Shown here piece after piece: positions 59,434-64,000 of a stretch of DNA of 64,000 bases (its first letter is position 1; the number at the start of each line of letters is the position of its first letter). Source of the stretch: Mantamonas sphyraenae STR306 (taxonomy: Eukaryota; Protista; CRuMs); NCBI GenBank assembly GCA_026936335.1, contig JAPMXV010000042.1:372001-436000 (forward strand). The letters are read 5' to 3'. The position numbers were made by a program, and so were the translations under genes. The notes under the pieces are model-generated. The model was not told the DNA's origin. It did not search any database and worked only from the letters and a program-made list of their open reading frames with translations.

Positions 59434-60219
59434 TCAGTCGCCCGCCTCTTCCTCCTCTTCCTCCTCGTCCTCTTCCTCTTCTTCATCGGAATCCTCGTCC
59501 TCGCTGCTGTCGCTGAGCTCAACATCCTCATTCTTGAGCTTCTCGCCAGCTTCGTTCTTCTTGATGCGTGCAGGGATGGTGCCTTTGGGTTCGCGGAAAC
59601 TGTCGTTGTTTGCGGCAAAATAGTACCCGAGCTCCTCCAACGACACTGTGGTTGTGTTGTCTTTGAACAACCTCTTGTTGTTGTAAAAGTCATCAAACTC
59701 CTCTGGGTCGTATTGCTGGCCCTGAATCATTTGAAAGATGTACCGCGCGTTCTTCACCGTCACCGAGCCACGCATGTCCAGATCCAGCAGTGTGAAGTGC
59801 CAGCGCAACCTTTCGAGGAAGCGATGCTTGCGGTGGAGCAGCGACATTGTTTCAAGGAACTGCTTGGGCGTCACTTCGCCCACCTGCTCCACCGTCGCTT
59901 CCACAATCCGCTTTGTCAAAAGGTGTTCCTTGCCCGAGCCCGAGTACATATCTGTGCGCAGCGTGCACGGAAGTGTGTAAGCATACATGGTGTGTGTGTG
60001 TGTTGGACCAAGCACGCTAGGACGTGCCATTCTTCCGGGCGAGCAGGGCGCGCAGGAAGCAAAATGGCTGGAGCTGCAAAGAAAACGGTTGCACTGACCT
60101 TTGTGCGCTTTCCACAGCGTCTCTGCATCCAGAACCCCACTGCCATTGTCCAGCATGACAAAAAGGTCGTCCAGATCGTCCAGGAGGTGTGTCTCCTCCA
60201 GCAGGTCTGCAGACGACAT
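59434..60219 (-). CDS. EF-hand-like protein with acidic tail
   Basis: Exons 60219-60099 and 59951-59434. Degenerate EF-hand loops LFVMLDNGSGVLDAETL and HFTLLDLDMRGSVTVKNA. Alternative ATG at 60273. Confidence 0.7.
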   Translation of the reverse strand: MSSADLLEETHLLDDLDDLFVMLDNGSGVLDAETLWKAHKGQCNRFLCSSSHFASCAPCSPGRMARPSVLGPTHTHTMYAYTLPCTLRTDMYSGSGKEHLLTKRIVEATVEQVGEVTPKQFLETMSLLHRKHRFLERLRWHFTLLDLDMRGSVTVKNARYIFQMIQGQQYDPEEFDDFYNNKRLFKDNTTTVSLEELGYYFAANNDSFREPKGTIPARIKKNEAGEKLKNEDVELSDSSEDEDSDEEEEEDEEEEEEEAGD

Positions 60220-60271
60220 GGATCGGGGCGGAGTTGCGTGGGCCAGCGCTGCCTCCGCCAAACTGCCATCC

Positions 60272-62842
60272 ATGAGCCATCATCCGCGGTCGCCCCTGCA
60301 GCAACCGCATCTCATGGGCCACAGACGCACCAGCCTGTCCACAGGACGGGCCAAGTTCTCCCAGGAGCCCTTTGAGCAGTTGGAGGCGGAGCGCGGTCGT
60401 CGCCGCTCCTCAGCCGACCAAACCCTGGGCCTGGAACAGCTGTCCGCACATTATGAGAGCATGAGCGGCGGCGACCAGTCTCGCGAGCACCGGACTCGCA
60501 ATCGTGCAAATTCCAGTGGCAGCGAGTCCAGCGTGGCCAACAAGTACGCGTCGCTTTCTGGCGTCGGCAACAAGCGAAAGAAGGGGCAGTCGCGCCGTCC
60601 GTCGTACATGCGTCTCACGGCCAGCTCGCTGAGCAAGATTGCAGAAGAGAGTGTGCATGGAACGGGCCGGTCTCGTTCCCACTCTCGCTCCCGCTCCCGA
60701 TCCCGATCCCGATCCCGGTCGCGCTCGCGCTCGCGCTCCCGTTCGCGCTCACCGCGCCGCAACCGGCCACGCAGCAGCCATCGAAGCCGACGCGGCGCAG
60801 GGAGGCAGAGCCGCAGCGCAAGTCCGCACAGCAGAAGCCGGTCACGAAGCAGAAGTCGCAGTCGAAGCCGATCGCGCAGCCGGTCAGGGACGCCGAAACG
60901 AGGGAAGCGACACACGCCACGCAACCAGAGGCATGCACACTCGCCGCGACAGGGATCCCACAAGCAACACGGCAAGAAGCATCACACACGATCACGGAGA
61001 CACAGTGGCGCATCGCATGGCCATGACCACAGCGACAGCGAGTCGGACAACGAGGAGCGCAGTCAACCGTTGCGCAGACGTCTGACGCCGCGCGGCAAAA
61101 AGAGTGCCCGCCAGACATCCGAAGAGGAACGCCACACTTGGCTGCTCCCTCTCCAGCGCTACTTTAACCGCATTACTGTCAACACAAACAACCGCATTGG
61201 CTCCATCCAACAATGGTAAGGGACACCACGCCCGCGCAGATGGTGTCACGCTTGTCACCGGCTCACACTCCACACGCACTCTCTCAGGGAGGACTATCTT
61301 CACGTGCTGGTCACCACCGAGACCATTAGCCCCAAGGAGGATGTGCCCATCCTCAACGAAGTCATCTCAGAGCCCTTTCGATCGATCTCGTGGCGACGAT
61401 TGTCGCAGCACTTGCGCCTCCACTACGTGGTCGATTCCACCGTGCAGGTGGAGAAGCTGACCCAGAACAGTTTGCACAAAATCAAGGCGTTTGCGTTGCA
61501 CACCACCACGTGGGAGGTCGAACAGTACGACCAGGTGGAGATCAGCAAACTCATCGCACGCATCGAGGCCCTGTCCTCACTGAGCCGCAGCAACGTGGAT
61601 GAAGTGCGCGAAAAGCGCAAAAGCGAACGTGTGCAACACACGCAAATGGCAGAGGCCACTTGGGACACAGAATCGGGCTTGGCTTCCACTTCTGGCAGCG
61701 AGTCCCTGCGGCCATCCTCGGCCTCCTCCTCCCGTCGCAAGAGCAACCTTGCCTCCTCGCTCCTCCGCGAAGTCAATGCTTCATCTCCATCCGCAGGCGG
61801 CTCATCGTCGTCTTCATCATCCTCATCCACGTCGTCCTCGTCGGCTGGTGTTTCCACCTCCTCAGTGGGCGGCTCCTCCTCTGGCAGCGGAGACACAGGC
61901 AACAAGATCTCGCTGGGTCTCAAGGCCTTTGCCAGTAGCCACGACTACCAGCGCTCCGAAGCCTTCAGCATCCAGCGCAAGCTGTCGGAACTGAAGATCA
62001 AATCGGTGGTGTTTGAGTACAGCTCGCGCGACGATACTCTGATTCCCAAGAGTGCCATCGACCGGTACAACGGCTTCATGTCATGTGTGGGCGTGAACCC
62101 GGCCACATCGGAGCTGGTGCGTGCGTACCTTTGTCCACGAGTGCGCAAGTACACAAGCAGCTACGAACAAATCCACGGCGTGTACACACAGGTGCAAGCA
62201 CTGAAGCAGATGACATTCAGCAAGTACTTCCCCAACTATCTGGGCTCCGACGAGAACTCGCACCCTCACTTCCTCCTGTTCTACACCGAGCACCTCGCCG
62301 GCGCCCGGTCTGTGCAGGACCTGCTGGAGAACTATGGGGATATGCACCACGGCAAACTTACGCTTCTCTTTCGCTACTGGGCGGGTGAGCTGTTGCTGGC
62401 CCTGCAGGACGTGTTGCTCATGAGCACCCTGCGCGTGGACTTTGACCGCGTCACACTCGACCACATCGTTATCAGCGACCACGGCACTCGCCTCACCCTC
62501 CGCAACCTGCCATGGACCTTTGAACGGCCCTACTTCTCCTCCAAGACCCGCCAGTACTCCAACGAGTTTCACATCCGCCTCGAGGCTGAGCTGCTGCAGA
62601 TGTTCTCGCGACTCATCCAACGCATGTACTTGTTTGAGGACCAGCTGCGCGACGTCAACATCCCCTCGGAGCTGCAGCTCATTGTGCAGTACTGTGAATC
62701 GTACACCACCCGCCAGCGTGCACCTACGCTGGCAAAGCTGCTCAAGCACAAATATCTGCGCGGCGGCGACCTCAAGAAGCTCGAGCACATCCGCGACCGC
62801 TTCCGCAGGTATACAGGCACCTCTGATCTGGACGATGTGTGA
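60272..62842 (+). CDS. RS-domain protein with C-terminal degenerate kinase-like fold
   Basis: Exons 60272-61215 and 61288-62842. Two (RS)n tracts at about 60670-60890. C-terminal FPNYLGS...FYTEHLAG..SVQDLL...FRYWAGELLLAL...RAPTLAKLLKHKYL resembles a kinase fold without catalytic motifs. Confidence 0.75.
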
Positions 62843-62883
62843 AGGACGCACGGGATGCCCATTGAATCTTCATTTGCCCAACC

Positions 62884-64000
62884 TCAAAGCACATCAAAGT
62901 CGCCGTTGTTGTCCGTAGACATTTCCAGGGTGAGGAAGCCCGAGCCGCCGTTGTTGTCAAAGGAATCCTCTTCAAAGAGCGAGTTGAACCCAGCGCTGCT
63001 CTCTTTCGTGTTCTTCAGGTACAGCTGTGCCTGGCCGCCCTCTTGCTGTCCGCCATCGCCACCATCCTGGTCCTGTGCACCCGAGATGCCGTCATTGCCA
63101 CCGTTCGCCGCCTCTTCCTGCACTTGCATTTGGTCGTTGGCTCCATCCATGCTGCCCTGTCTCTGTTGCATGTTGCTACGAAGACGCTGGGCCTCGCTTC
63201 GAAGCGACGCCAGCTCTCGGTCTTTGGCACGCATGGTTTGCCTCAGCTGCTCCATCTCGTCCTTGTACGAACACAAGGGATTGGCGCACCGGCTGCTGCC
63301 TGACGTGTCCTTGGGGTTGACCACCGAGGACAAGAGACCCAGAAACTTGCTGAGCGACTCTGTGTCTGTGCTTCGGCTGAAGCGACGCAAGGCCTCACTT
63401 TGCTCACTCAGGTCACTCATGGACAGCGTGTCCATGAGCTGGTTCAGCTGCTCCTCCAGTCCGCCACGTCGCCGAGGCGCCCCACCCTGGCTCAGCGAGG
63501 TCATGGGCCCGCCCACATACGAACTCGAATCCCACGAGTTGAACGACATGAAGCTGCTTGTGTCGTTGAAGGTGGAGCCTCCGCCTGAGCCTCCCGTCTG
63601 CATCAGCTGCAGCACTTTGGGATCCATGCTGCTCATGTCCAGTTGCAACAGGCCGCTCCCGCCTCCCAACCCGGCTCCACTGCTGGCGCTACTTTGGCTT
63701 GACGCTGCTTGCTTTTGCGATTTGTTTGTCGGAGGTGTGACAATTTTGTTTGCTGTGTCACCACACCGTGGGTCAGTGACCTGCTATGTCGACGTGTGCG
63801 CGCCCCAAGCCTCATTCTCACGGCGAAAGGGCGCCTTGCCGCAACACTCTGCGCCGCCCTCCCCGCTCCGCCGTCAAGAGCGTACCCACTGCCCACTGCC
63901 CACTTACCAGACACTTCACCTAGCGACCGTGGAATCAAATACAGAATCTCCTCGTCCGACTTTTTGCCCTGGCGCTTGAGCGAGTGCTTGGAGAGGCACG
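62884..64000 (-). CDS. Unknown protein with coiled coil (5' partial)
   Basis: Open exon 64000-63908 (CLSKHSLKRQGKKSDEEILYLIPRSLGEVS), intron 63907-63753 (GTAAGT...CTGAC...CAG), exon 63752-62884 with heptad segment EMEQLRQTMRAKDRELASLRSEAQRLRS. Confidence 0.7.

Noticed and set aside
1-64000. Pseudogene calls for frameshifted genes; alternative genetic code
   Set aside because: The genes are otherwise intact housekeeping genes. TAA, TAG and TGA all end genes normally, and no in-frame stops interrupt conserved domains.

Overview
Eukaryotic nuclear DNA (about 60% GC by eye) from a very gene-dense, flagellated protist. The flagellum is inferred from an axonemal-type dynein and a tubulin polyglutamylase subunit; the exact lineage cannot be fixed from sequence alone. 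I can build 25 protein-coding genes with 38 GT-AG spliceosomal introns (mostly 70-280 nt, CTGAC/CTCAC/CTAAC branch points) and extremely short intergenic spacers. In order: dynein heavy chain (5' partial), Clu+ankyrin protein, SRP receptor alpha, CLP1, small unknown, acyl-protein thioesterase, NAA35/Mak10, stand-alone ABC ATPase, STAT-double-pseudokinase fusion, VPS55, small TPR protein, ERMP1-like M28 peptidase, AZUL-HECT ligase (UBE3A-like), TPGS1/CSTPP1-like, Furry with three WW domains, ADCK1-like kinase, TSG101, SEC13, EGF membrane protein, OTUD4-like deubiquitinase, XRN1, EF-hand-like protein, RS-domain pseudokinase and a 5'-partial unknown. About a dozen single-base frameshifts in short homopolymers split conserved genes; these are most likely long-read assembly errors. 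The best novelty candidate is an intronless Dictyostelium-type STAT core fused to two degenerate kinase domains, a JAK-STAT-like architecture in one polypeptide. Other notable items: a dynein lacking the AAA1 Walker B, Furry-WW, five head-to-head gene pairs with 52-62 nt between start codons, and an excess of in-frame stop-free introns. No rRNA, tRNA, CRISPR or transposon was recognised. All homology calls come from motif recognition, not database searches.
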